Below are positions 37,265 to 46,288 of a stretch of DNA of 64,000 nucleotides, in pieces (position 1 is the first letter of the stretch; every line of letters starts with the position of its first letter). The position numbers were made by a program, and so were the translations under genes. The notes beneath the pieces are model-generated. The model did no database searches and was not told where the DNA came from. It saw nothing but the letters and a program-made list of their open reading frames with translations. Where the stretch lies: positions 1 through 64,000 of the forward strand of contig CAVVYR010000001.1 of assembly GCA_963752475.1 (NCBI GenBank). The letters are read 5' to 3'. The stretch comes from an uncultured Chloroflexia bacterium. Lineage in GTDB: Bacteria > Chloroflexota > Limnocylindria > Limnocylindrales > CSP1-4.

Positions 37265-38013
37265 TGCGACAAGGTCGATTTCCTCGCCTGCGTTGGGTTC
37301 GCTGGGGACTCTTCGCGGTGCTCGTCGTCCTCATCGTCGGCGCGACCGGACCTCGGGCCTGGGACCAGGCATCCGGTTGGCTTCGCGACGAGTACGAACG
37401 CCTCCCCTGGTACACGACGCGCATCACCGCGCTGCTGTCGTACCTGGCCTTGAGTGCTTCGACGATCTACGGGCTGCTGCTCTCGACCAAGCTGCTCGAC
37501 CGAGTGACGCATCGTCCGATCTCGTTCACGCTCCATCAGGATCTCGCCGGGGTCGGGGTCGCGCTCGCGCTGGTCCATGCGGCCGTGCTGATGATCGACC
37601 GCTCCGTGCCGTACTCCCCCCTCGAGGTCGTCGTCCCGTTCGCCGGTCCATACCGGCCGCTGTGGGTAGGCATCGGCCAGATCGCCATGGGCCTGTCCCT
37701 GGTCGTCTTGCTGAGCTTCTACGTCCGCAAGCGCATCGGGACTCGAGCCTGGCGCACTGTCCACTACCTGTCGTTCGCCGCGTTCGTCGGTGCCACGATC
37801 CACGGGCTCATGGCGGGGTCCGACACCAGCGCGGGCTGGGTCTACGCGGGGTATCTCGCGGCCACGGTCGTGGTGGTATTCCTCACGACGTATCGAGTCG
37901 TTCTTGCGATGGGCGCCAGGAGCGGCGAGCGACGCGTGCCGACTCCCGCAGGACGCACGAAGACCACGGCAGGCCCAGGCACGCTACCGCCTGTCGAGCC
38001 ATCGGCGGGCTGA
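37264..38013 (+). CDS. Ferric reductase-like (MsrQ-like) heme-binding membrane protein
   Basis: WYTTR, LHQ..LVH, WRTVHYLSF, IHGLMAGSDT. Confidence 0.85.
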   Translation: MRQGRFPRLRWVRWGLFAVLVVLIVGATGPRAWDQASGWLRDEYERLPWYTTRITALLSYLALSASTIYGLLLSTKLLDRVTHRPISFTLHQDLAGVGVALALVHAAVLMIDRSVPYSPLEVVVPFAGPYRPLWVGIGQIAMGLSLVVLLSFYVRKRIGTRAWRTVHYLSFAAFVGATIHGLMAGSDTSAGWVYAGYLAATVVVVFLTTYRVVLAMGARSGERRVPTPAGRTKTTAGPGTLPPVEPSAG

Positions 38014-38016
38014 GCG

Positions 38017-38313
38017 CTACCTGTTGCGGAGCCAGCGTTCCAGAACCGCCCGATCGACGATGCCGAGCACCAACAGCACTCGGTCGCTGTCGATGACGTC
38101 GTACATCACACGGTAGTCGCCGATCCGCAGCCGGTGGAAGGTGTCGTCTGTGCCGCTGATGGTCTTGACTGACTTGCCAGGGACGCGTCCCGAGCGGGCC
38201 ACGTCGCGCGCCAGCCGCTCGAGTACGCGGCGAACGCGACCGCGCTCGGCATCACCGAGCTTCCTGAACTGCCGGAGCGCCGACCGTGAGAGCCGGACCT
38301 CGTAGGCGGTCAG
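38017..38313 (-). CDS. RelE/ParE family toxin (apparent CTG start)
   Basis: YEVRLSRSALRQFRKL...RLRIGDYRVMYDV; overlaps antitoxin stop. Confidence 0.85.
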   Translation of the reverse strand: MTAYEVRLSRSALRQFRKLGDAERGRVRRVLERLARDVARSGRVPGKSVKTISGTDDTFHRLRIGDYRVMYDVIDSDRVLLVLGIVDRAVLERWLRNR

Positions 38314-38546
38314 TCGATGTCCTCCAGACTTGCGGTCCGCCCCTTCGCGTAGTCAGCGCGAGCGACCTTTCGCTGACGGACATACTCGCCGGCATTGGCG
38401 AGCACGAGATCCTCGGCCTCGTCGAGCGGCAACAGGACCGCAGCCGGCCGTCCACGCTTGGTGACGACGTAGGCGGAGCCACCTTCGACCTCATCGATGA
38501 CCGATGAAGCTGTCGCCTTCAGATCCTTGATCCCGATCTCTGCCAT
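38310..38546 (-). CDS. Phd/YefM family antitoxin
   Basis: IGIKDLK, VTKRGRPAAVL. Confidence 0.9.
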   Translation of the reverse strand: MAEIGIKDLKATASSVIDEVEGGSAYVVTKRGRPAAVLLPLDEAEDLVLANAGEYVRQRKVARADYAKGRTASLEDID

Positions 38547-38652
38547 GTCGCAGCTCCATCATGTAGTAGTCACTGAGGTGGTCACCTTATCACCGGCGGT
38601 CCCCACCCTTCACCAACTCCCAGGCGCCCGAGGATCGACTGCGGGAGCTCCC

Positions 38653-41001
38653 TCAGTCGGACGGAGTTTCCTCCGTGTCAGGACCAAACCGCGAGACGAT
38701 GAAGTCGGGCACGTCCCATAGGGCCGCCAGGTCGTCACCGAAGAAGACCGGAGCACCAAAACGCCGCAGCGTGTCACGGAGGCTGCCTGCCAGGGTCCCC
38801 TGCCCCAGGTCTTCCGCGTCCGCGGCCAGTCGGTCGTCGACGCGCAGCCGGACATCATCGGTGGGGTCGAGGAATAGCTGGCCGAAGTTGCGATAGGCGA
38901 AGTCATGACGGAGACAGGCCGCTTCCAGACGCTCATCGAAGAGTTCGCGCAGTGGACCGGCCGAGCAACCGTCGCTGCTCCAGTCGAAGTCGGCATCGAC
39001 GCCGGAGTGCGTGGCCCTGGCGCGCTCGGCGATGAAGTCCTGGAGCGGCAGCTCGAACGCCAGTTCCTCGAGCCGTTGGAGCTGCGACGGGGTCGCTTGC
39101 GGGGTCAGCGGCGGCAGTGGGGCCGACTCCGTCTGACATCGATCAGGTCTGAAGCGGAGGATGACGCAGACCTCTAGCGAGACGTCCCGCAGTGCGGTCC
39201 CGACTCGCGGAGCGAAGCGGTCACTCGACCGTACCGTCACGCCCTCGCCCTCGTCATTCACGACCGACGCGGTCTCGTCCCGTGCCTCGGCTACGTCGAG
39301 GCTGAGCCTGGCTTCCACGGCGTGGCCGTCATCCGCCGTATCCGTCAGCTCCGCCGTCCAGAGAGCGCCAAAGCGGTCACGCCGAGCGCAGACCTCACCT
39401 ACCGCGCCTTCGACTACTGAGGAGACGCAGACTTCGTCGCCGATGTTGGCCGGCGCAGGCTCGGCCTCGGCGTTCGCCAGCCATCGATCGATGGCCGCGC
39501 GCAGCTCATCGGGGCCCGTCAGATGCAATGGCTGACCCGATGGCTCCATATGGCTTGGATAGAGCACAAAGGGTTCCATCTGCGCCCCTCCGATACCGCC
39601 ATGCGAGCCGAGCTGCGGCTCGAACGAGAAGGTCTCCTCGGTGACCGGGTCGTACGTCGAGACCACGACCAGGTCGCCCGCGTTGGCCGGGGCCATGATG
39701 TTCGCCATGCTGATGGCCGCCAGCGGACCATACGGCGCGAGCGGGTCCGTACCGCTGACCGCGCCAGTGACAAGGTCGCGGCTGCCGTCGGCGCCCCTTG
39801 CCTGGTAGCCGTCGGCCGCCTGCAGGCCGACGATCCCGATCCCAGGATGTGCGGCCAGCCCATCGATGAGGCCCGGATGCAACGCCTCGAGCTCTGCTGC
39901 GTCCAGGCGTTGACCGTCGCCGGGGAAGTAGACGTGGGCGAGATTCCCGGATGCCGCCACGACGAGCTCTGGCAGTACGGCCTCGGCCAGCTCCGCGCCC
40001 GGGTCGGACACGAGCCCGCGGACGACCTGGTCCAGCGTCTCGCCGTAGCGCACCGCGAAGGGCTGTCCGTCCGTCTGGCCATGGTCGGAGAGGATGACCA
40101 GGTGATACGGCAGATCGGCCCTCTCGGCCGCGGCGTGGATGAGTCGCAACGAATTGTCGATGTGTCCAAGGGCATCGAGGGCCGCCGGATGGGCCGGGCC
40201 AGCGTAGTGGCCGACCTCATCGTACGTGGTGAACGTGGCGTACATCAGCGGGGTTCCGCGCTGGAGCTCCCGTAGCACCGCCGCGGCTGTCACGTCCACG
40301 AGCGCCCACTCCAGCGCCGGGCCCACGACCGGCACCGGTGCTTTCCGACCGATCTCGCCCAGAGCGAGCGGCGCCGATTCTCCACGGATGACGCGCATGA
40401 GGCCGGCTACCACCCCGTCGGTGAACCCGGCCACGACATGCACATCCTTGGGCAGGTCGGCAACGTAGCGCAGGAGCTCCCAAGCGAGGGCAGCGCCGTC
40501 CAGTCGGGTGGCCGTCAAGACGACGCGGGGCGCACCTCCAGCGAAGAGGTTGGTGATGCTGGCCCCGCCGTCGGTGAGCAGGTCATGCGGACCCTCGAGG
40601 CCCTCGGCGAAGACACGCGCCTGCTCACGATCGAGGAAGTCCAGGAGCTGGCCCGTCTGGCGGTCCCACCAGCGGAAGGCCGGGATGTGTCGCCAGTTCC
40701 CATGCAGCAGACTTCCCTGCGTCACGGGCGTCGAAGTGGCTGCCGTGGTCCGCCAACTGCCGAGGGAGTGCGAGCCGCCGTCCACGAGACTCTGGACGAA
40801 GGGCATGGCGCCAGACTCGAGCGCGAGGCGCAGCGCCGGTTCGGAGAGTCCATCGACTTGCAAGATCACCAGACCCGTCGACTTGCCGCCGGCATCCACG
40901 CCGGGCGCCGGACCACCTCCGGCGTCGACGGCCGCTGACGCAGGGGCCCACGACAGCAGGAGGGTCAGCGTGAACAACGCCCTCGTGACCAGCTTGATCA
41001 T
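38653..41001 (-). CDS. Secreted alkaline-phosphatase-superfamily (nucleotide pyrophosphatase-like) protein fused to prokaryotic phospholipase A2 domain
   Basis: QVDGL, YDEVGHYAGP, LSDHG, SHGG; C-terminal DWSSDGCS...ACLRHDFAYRN. Confidence 0.8.
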   Translation of the reverse strand: MIKLVTRALFTLTLLLSWAPASAAVDAGGGPAPGVDAGGKSTGLVILQVDGLSEPALRLALESGAMPFVQSLVDGGSHSLGSWRTTAATSTPVTQGSLLHGNWRHIPAFRWWDRQTGQLLDFLDREQARVFAEGLEGPHDLLTDGGASITNLFAGGAPRVVLTATRLDGAALAWELLRYVADLPKDVHVVAGFTDGVVAGLMRVIRGESAPLALGEIGRKAPVPVVGPALEWALVDVTAAAVLRELQRGTPLMYATFTTYDEVGHYAGPAHPAALDALGHIDNSLRLIHAAAERADLPYHLVILSDHGQTDGQPFAVRYGETLDQVVRGLVSDPGAELAEAVLPELVVAASGNLAHVYFPGDGQRLDAAELEALHPGLIDGLAAHPGIGIVGLQAADGYQARGADGSRDLVTGAVSGTDPLAPYGPLAAISMANIMAPANAGDLVVVSTYDPVTEETFSFEPQLGSHGGIGGAQMEPFVLYPSHMEPSGQPLHLTGPDELRAAIDRWLANAEAEPAPANIGDEVCVSSVVEGAVGEVCARRDRFGALWTAELTDTADDGHAVEARLSLDVAEARDETASVVNDEGEGVTVRSSDRFAPRVGTALRDVSLEVCVILRFRPDRCQTESAPLPPLTPQATPSQLQRLEELAFELPLQDFIAERARATHSGVDADFDWSSDGCSAGPLRELFDERLEAACLRHDFAYRNFGQLFLDPTDDVRLRVDDRLAADAEDLGQGTLAGSLRDTLRRFGAPVFFGDDLAALWDVPDFIVSRFGPDTEETPSD

Positions 41002-41095
41002 GGCCGGGAGCCTAGCGCAGTTGCTACCGCGAGGTTGGCATCTGAGCCTTCCGGCCGTTGGCGCCAAGCGCGTCTTCGACGTCGAGGCTCGGAGG

Positions 41096-41923
41096 CTACG
41101 GTGTCGGCGGCCCGATCTGCTCCTGAAGCTGAACCAGCGGTACCTGGCTGACCGTGAGCGTGCCGCCCTGCGGGCGTTCGATGTCGATGATGAGCGTGAT
41201 GACGGCGCCCAGCACGACGATGAGCGCGAGCGCCGTGAGCGGGCTGCGTCGTCCCGTCAGTCCGGCGCTGAAGCCGACCATCCCGAGCGTGAGCGCCGAG
41301 CCGACGAACAACAGGAGCAGGACGGTCTCCGGCACACGGGCATAGATCGCCGCCACCTCACGCGTGGAGGCGACGTCGATCGTCTCGTTGAGCGATTCGG
41401 TGTAGCTCGCGTGATAGACCGCGAGCACCGTCGGGTCGTCGTAGTCGGGCGTCGTCCGTGCGAGCCCCTCGGCGATGGCCCACAGCTCGTCCCGGATCTC
41501 GGCGGCGCGGGCGAGCTCGTCCGCGATGTCGCTCAGGACCACCCCTTCGGTCACGGTCCGCAGCGGGACGTACTCACGGAGCAGCTCCCGGCTCTCGCCC
41601 GCGACAGGCTCGGGCAGGTAGCCGGCACGGAGGTACGTGGTGCCGATCGAGTTGGCCTCTTCGAGCACCAGCCCACGGCGGGTATCGAAGCGGTCGGTGG
41701 CCATGCCCATGGTGATCGCCAGCAGGAAGGCCATGAGCGCGAGGATCGAGCCCACGAGCATGCCCGTAGGTCCTTCCTTCTCCTCGGGCGTGCGGGACTG
41801 CCACCAGCGCCCGAAGCGGAACCCCAGCTCGTAGAGCACGAGCGCGAGCAGGGCGAAGGCCGCGAAGACGCCCGTGATGGGCAGCGAGTCGATGAGATCC
41901 TGGAACAAGGTGACCTCCTTCAC
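41096..41923 (-). CDS. Membrane protein, DUF4239/bestrophin-like (duplicate of 16346-17155)
   Basis: Near-identical nucleotide and protein sequence. Confidence 0.72.
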   Translation of the reverse strand: MKEVTLFQDLIDSLPITGVFAAFALLALVLYELGFRFGRWWQSRTPEEKEGPTGMLVGSILALMAFLLAITMGMATDRFDTRRGLVLEEANSIGTTYLRAGYLPEPVAGESRELLREYVPLRTVTEGVVLSDIADELARAAEIRDELWAIAEGLARTTPDYDDPTVLAVYHASYTESLNETIDVASTREVAAIYARVPETVLLLLFVGSALTLGMVGFSAGLTGRRSPLTALALIVVLGAVITLIIDIERPQGGTLTVSQVPLVQLQEQIGPPTP

Positions 41924-42100
41924 GTGCCCTGTCGGCGGGTATCAGCAGGTCGTCGTTGTCCGGGTGGCCGGCCAGGGAGCCGAGCCGGAGCCGAACCAGC
42001 CACGACCCTCATCCACGCCGGAGCGGCGGTGACGTCCACCGGCCATCAAGCGTCTCAGGTACCAAAGCATAGAGCCAGAGCGTGATGCCCAGCGGACCGC

Positions 42101-42205
42101 ACGGTTCCGGGCAAGGGACGGTTCACGATCCTGCGCCTCTACGGCCCCACCGACGGCTACCTCGACCACTCGTGGAAGCCCAGCGACATCACCGCCGCCA
42201 GCTAG
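42101..42205 (+). pseudogene. C-terminal fragment of DUF1214-type gene
   Basis: TVPGKGRFTILRLYGPTDGYLDHSWKPSDI* matches the C-terminus of 17246-18730. Confidence 0.75.
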
Positions 42206-42306
42206 GCGATCAGTCGCATGGCGACGGATCGCGCGCGGAGCGAGATGCTGAGATCCTGATCGGCGCCAGACAGGAAACAACGCGCCTCGAAAGCGAGGCT
42301 GCACGG

Positions 42307-43059
42307 TCAGGCCGCAGAATCCCCCGCGCTCTCCGCCTCAGAGGTGGAGCCCACGTCGAGGACGAGCCAGATGACGCCGGCGAGGGCGGCACCGATGGCC
42401 GGGAACAGGATGAAGGCCCAGACCTGGCCGAGCGCCCAGTCACCCTGGAAGACGGCCGTGCCGATCGAACGAGCCGGGTTAACCGACGCGTTCGACACCG
42501 GGATCGAGATCATGTGCACGAGGGTCAGGCCGATGCCGGCGGCGATGGGGCCGAAGCCCTTGGGCACGCCGAGCTCGTTCGTCGTGCCCAGCACGATGAG
42601 GACGAAGACCGCGGTGACCACGATCTCGAGGATCGCGACCGAGAGCAGATCGAAGCCCGCCGGCGAGTGCGCGCCATAGCCGTTCGAGGCGAATCCGGCG
42701 TCCTGCGCCATGGCGAAGTAGCCGTCCGTGCCCAGCAGGATGAGCGCGAGGATGCCCGCACCGAGGATGCCGCCGATGACCTGACCGGTGAAGTAGGGCC
42801 ACGACTTCGCAGGCTGGAGCTTGCCCGCGATAAGCATGCCGATGGTCACCGCGGGATTGATGTGACAGCCCGAGACACGGCCGATGAGATAGGCCATCGC
42901 GAGGAGGCTGAAGCCGAAGGCGAGCGACACACCGAGGATGCCGACGCTGAGGCCCTCGTTGAAGCCGCCGGTGGCGAAGATGGCGGTGCCGGCTCCCCCG
43001 ATCACCAGGACCGCGGTGCCGAGGGCCTCGGCCAACCCGATCCGCAGCTCGTCGTTCAT
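42307..43059 (-). CDS. aqpZ: Aquaporin Z
   Basis: Two NPA motifs, SNGYGAHSP. Confidence 0.93.
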   Translation of the reverse strand: MNDELRIGLAEALGTAVLVIGGAGTAIFATGGFNEGLSVGILGVSLAFGFSLLAMAYLIGRVSGCHINPAVTIGMLIAGKLQPAKSWPYFTGQVIGGILGAGILALILLGTDGYFAMAQDAGFASNGYGAHSPAGFDLLSVAILEIVVTAVFVLIVLGTTNELGVPKGFGPIAAGIGLTLVHMISIPVSNASVNPARSIGTAVFQGDWALGQVWAFILFPAIGAALAGVIWLVLDVGSTSEAESAGDSAA

Positions 43060-43156
43060 CTCTCCACTCCCTCTCTGGCGGCTATTCGCTCAGGACTCTA
43101 GCTCAGTGCGCGACCCCACCGCGACCCGGGCAGGATGGCGAAGGCGTCGGTGGCAA

Positions 43157-43175
43157 CGTCACGACACGGTCACAG
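43157..43175 (+). promoter_or_regulatory. 19-bp site CGTCACGACACGGTCACAG (GTCAC direct repeat, 11-bp period)
   Basis: Exact copy at 44692-44710. Confidence 0.65.
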
Positions 43176-43245
43176 CGGCCCGCTAGCTTCGTGCACGCTG
43201 GCGCAGGCCGGTCCTCACACGAACCAAACGACAGGGGTCGAACCC

Positions 43246-43914
43246 ATGAGAGACAAGCTACTGGTGACGCTGACGCTGGTCGGGCTGACGCTCGCGCTGG
43301 TGGTGTTCAGCGTCGCCGCGAGCGACCAGGACGAAACCGTCGAAGCCAAGGCGGCCATCCCCGAGGACGCCGCGCTGGCCACCTTCGCCGGCGGCTGCTT
43401 CTGGTGCACCGAGGCGGCCTTCGAGAAGACCGAGGGCGTCCACGAAGCCATCTCCGGCTTCACCGGCGGCGACGTCGAGGACCCGACATACCAGCAGGTC
43501 GTGACCGGCACCACCGGCCACGCCGAGGCGGCGCAGGTCTACTTCGACCCCGACGTCGTCAGCTACGACGAGCTGTTGACGATCTACTGGCGCACCATCG
43601 ACCCGACCGATGCAGACGGGCAGCGCTTCGACCGCGGGACGCAGTACCGGACGGCGATCTTCTACCACGACGACGAGCAGCGGGCGCTGGCCGAGGCCTC
43701 ACGTGACGCCCTCGACGAGAGCGGCCGTTTCGACGTGCCGATCGTGACCGAGATCCTCGAGGCGGGCACCTTCTACCCGGCCGAGGAGTACCACCAGGAC
43801 TTCTACCTCAAGGCCCCTGAGCGCTACGAGGCCTACGTCGAAGGCTCCCTCTACGACCCCTTCCTGGAGTCCATCTGGGGCCCGGCTGAGGAACTCAGAG
43901 CGGACGACGAATAG
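43246..43914 (+). CDS. msrA: Exported peptide-methionine (S)-S-oxide reductase
   Basis: AGGCFWC, TGHAE, AEEYHQDFY; signal peptide. Confidence 0.95.
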   Translation: MRDKLLVTLTLVGLTLALVVFSVAASDQDETVEAKAAIPEDAALATFAGGCFWCTEAAFEKTEGVHEAISGFTGGDVEDPTYQQVVTGTTGHAEAAQVYFDPDVVSYDELLTIYWRTIDPTDADGQRFDRGTQYRTAIFYHDDEQRALAEASRDALDESGRFDVPIVTEILEAGTFYPAEEYHQDFYLKAPERYEAYVEGSLYDPFLESIWGPAEELRADDE

Positions 43915-44353
43915 CCGATCGGGCTGCGGCTACCCGCGGTGTCGGAGGCCTGAACGGATCCTCCACGCGGATCCCGTCGTAGTCGGTCCCATGGTCGAGG
44001 TCCTCGGAGAGCACGACCGAGCAGCCAAGGGCTCGTCCGGCCTCGAGGATGGCCGCGTCCCAGTAGGAAATGCCGAACCGGCGTCGCGTCGACAGTGCCG
44101 CTGCCATCACATCGACGGTCACAGCCTGCACAGGGAACCGACACCACGACTCCACCAAGCCCACGGCCTGTTCGTGGGTGATCGCATCGCCGCGGCTGGC
44201 ACGCGTGGACTGGACGTAGAACTCCTGCAGGACCTGGACCGAGAGCCCGATCCCTCCGGCGGCCAGGATCTCGTTGGCCCGAACGGCCTTGTCGTGCTCC
44301 TCGGGGTCCTGCGAGATGGCATAGAGCAGGATGTTCGTGTCAGCGAAGCGCAC
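43895..44353 (-). CDS. PIN/VapC toxin
   Basis: FADTNILLY, QVLQEFY, SYWDAAI, LSEDL. Confidence 0.9.
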   Translation of the reverse strand: MRFADTNILLYAISQDPEEHDKAVRANEILAAGGIGLSVQVLQEFYVQSTRASRGDAITHEQAVGLVESWCRFPVQAVTVDVMAAALSTRRRFGISYWDAAILEAGRALGCSVVLSEDLDHGTDYDGIRVEDPFRPPTPRVAAARSAIRRPL

Positions 44354-44579
44354 GGTCGTGGACCACATCTCGCTGGAGTCGGTCGGCTGCTCGGAATCCC
44401 TTGATGCCGGCCTGGATGCGACGCTGCTGCGCTTCCAGACGAGCGAACTCGGAATCCGCACCAGATACGGAGCGCAGGTACTCGGCGACCATGCCGCTCA
44501 CCGAGCGTCCCTCCTCCGCAGCGCGGATACGAGCAGCCCGGTAGACGTCGTCCGGCACCGATACGGTGATGTTCTTCAT
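44340..44579 (-). CDS. RHH-type antitoxin
   Basis: MKNITVSVPDDVYRAARIRAAE..SVSGMVAEYL. Confidence 0.85.
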   Translation of the reverse strand: MKNITVSVPDDVYRAARIRAAEEGRSVSGMVAEYLRSVSGADSEFARLEAQQRRIQAGIKGFRAADRLQRDVVHDRALR

Positions 44580-44592
44580 CGCGAGGACCTTA

Positions 44593-44632
44593 TCACAGTC
44601 TCACAGTCACACAGTCACACAGTCTCACAGTC
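44593..44632. repeat. Five tandem 8-mers WCACAGTC upstream of antitoxin
   Basis: tcacagtc tcacagtc acacagtc acacagtc tcacagtc. Confidence 0.85.
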
Positions 44633-44691
44633 TCATCTCACCGTTGCGCGATCTCCCGTTGATCTGGCACTCGACACCTGGCTGACCGTCT

Positions 44692-44710
44692 CGTCACGAC
44701 ACGGTCACAG
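44692..44710 (+). promoter_or_regulatory. 19-bp site CGTCACGACACGGTCACAG
   Basis: Exact copy at 43157-43175. Confidence 0.65.
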
Positions 44711-44730
44711 GTCCTCGTCACGGTGCTGCC

Positions 44731-46209
44731 ATGTCGTACCGTCGCGCGTTCCTTGCTCCCATCCTGGCCGTGCTGCTGCTCCCGACGCCGGTGGGTGCCC
44801 AGGAGCCGACCACCGGCGTAGAGGCCGCCGACCAGATCGTGCCTCCGACCGTCACGAGCACGGTGCGCAACCAGCTTGGCTTCGCCTTCCCCGAACCACC
44901 GACCACGCCGGAGGGTCCAGCCGACCCGGAGCTCGTCGAGGCGGTCGACCGGCTCTTCGGCTCCCTGCGCGACGGCGTCGATACCACCGCCCTGGCAGAC
45001 ATCGGCGAGGCGAAGGACCCGCGTGCGGCCTGGCTCATCTCGGACCTGCTCCGCTTCTTCGGACCGGGTCCGGTGTTCGACACCGGCCAGGCCTCGTTCG
45101 AAGGCCTGACCGGCGCGGACCTGTCGGCCGATCCCGTGTCGGCCCGGAGCCCGTGGCAGTCGATGACCGACCACCTCATCGCCTGGGACACCCCGGCTTT
45201 GCCGGACTACGAACGCTGGAAGGGCGCGCTCTTCACGCTCGTCGACCCCCGCTGGGCGCCGTTCTTCGATGATGAGGACGCCGCGATCGATTGGCGGCTC
45301 GTGTCCTGGGGTGGCGTGCTCATGGACGACCGGCCCTTCGGCGCGACCGAGCCCTGCGAGTTCGGCTGCATCCCGGCGCTCGACGATCCGGCCGTGACCG
45401 ACGCCGCGGAAGGCGACTGGTATCCCGACGACCGGCTCGTCTTCGGCGTGACCGTGAACGACGAGTCGCGCGCCTACCCCAAGCACATCATGGAAGTCCA
45501 CGAGATGGTCAACGATGAGCTCGGTGGGCGCAGGTTGGCCATCCCCTACTGCACGCTCTGTGGCTCGGCCCAGGCCTACTTCACCGATGACGTGGAGGGA
45601 GCCGACGAGATGCCGGTGCTGCGCACGTCCGGGCTGCTCTCGCGCTCGAACAAGGTCATGTTCGACCTGCCCACCTTCTCCGTCTTCGACACCTTCAGCG
45701 GCGAGGCCCTCTCCGGCCCGCTACACGATGCCGGCGTCGAGCTGGCGCAGGCTTCGGTGGTGACCTCGACGTGGGGCGCGTGGAAGGCCGCGCACCCGGA
45801 CACGACCATCCTGGCCGAGGACGGTGGCATCGGCGCTGAGTACCCCTTCGATCCACTCGGCGGACGCGACGACGCCGGCGCCATCTTCCCCATCGGCGAT
45901 GTCGATGAGCGCCTGCCGGCGCAGGAGAAGGTGCTGGGCGTCTTCACCGACGACGGGCGGGCGCTGGCCTTCCCGGTGGCCGCGGCCCGGGCCGAGCTGG
46001 ACGCTGGTCGGCCGGTCTCTGCCCTCGGCGTGAGCGTCGTTGCGGACGCGGGCGGAGTACGCGCCGAACGCGAGGACGGCAGCGAGATCGTGAGCCATGA
46101 GGCCTTCTGGTTCGCCTGGAGCCAGTTCAATCCCGACACCCTGCTGTGGACGGAGCGAGGTCGGGGCGAAGGACGCGCGGCGACGAGCCCAGCTAGGTCC
46201 TGCGAGTGA
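44731..46209 (+). CDS. DUF3179 domain exported protein
   Basis: IPALDDP, RAYP..I..HEMVND, YCTLCGS, SGLL.RSNKVMFD, FWFAW. Confidence 0.85.
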   Translation: MSYRRAFLAPILAVLLLPTPVGAQEPTTGVEAADQIVPPTVTSTVRNQLGFAFPEPPTTPEGPADPELVEAVDRLFGSLRDGVDTTALADIGEAKDPRAAWLISDLLRFFGPGPVFDTGQASFEGLTGADLSADPVSARSPWQSMTDHLIAWDTPALPDYERWKGALFTLVDPRWAPFFDDEDAAIDWRLVSWGGVLMDDRPFGATEPCEFGCIPALDDPAVTDAAEGDWYPDDRLVFGVTVNDESRAYPKHIMEVHEMVNDELGGRRLAIPYCTLCGSAQAYFTDDVEGADEMPVLRTSGLLSRSNKVMFDLPTFSVFDTFSGEALSGPLHDAGVELAQASVVTSTWGAWKAAHPDTTILAEDGGIGAEYPFDPLGGRDDAGAIFPIGDVDERLPAQEKVLGVFTDDGRALAFPVAAARAELDAGRPVSALGVSVVADAGGVRAEREDGSEIVSHEAFWFAWSQFNPDTLLWTERGRGEGRAATSPARSCE

Positions 46210-46288
46210 ACGCTGGCGGCCAGCGCACGGTCGACGTCGAAGCTCGCGGCCGAGCCGGTCGCGGCCGAAGATGCAGAGGGATCGATCC

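Noticed and set aside
42062-42070. ccaaagcat as an eighth tRNA-half copy
   Set aside because: Only 9 bp match and no flanking boxes; likely chance.
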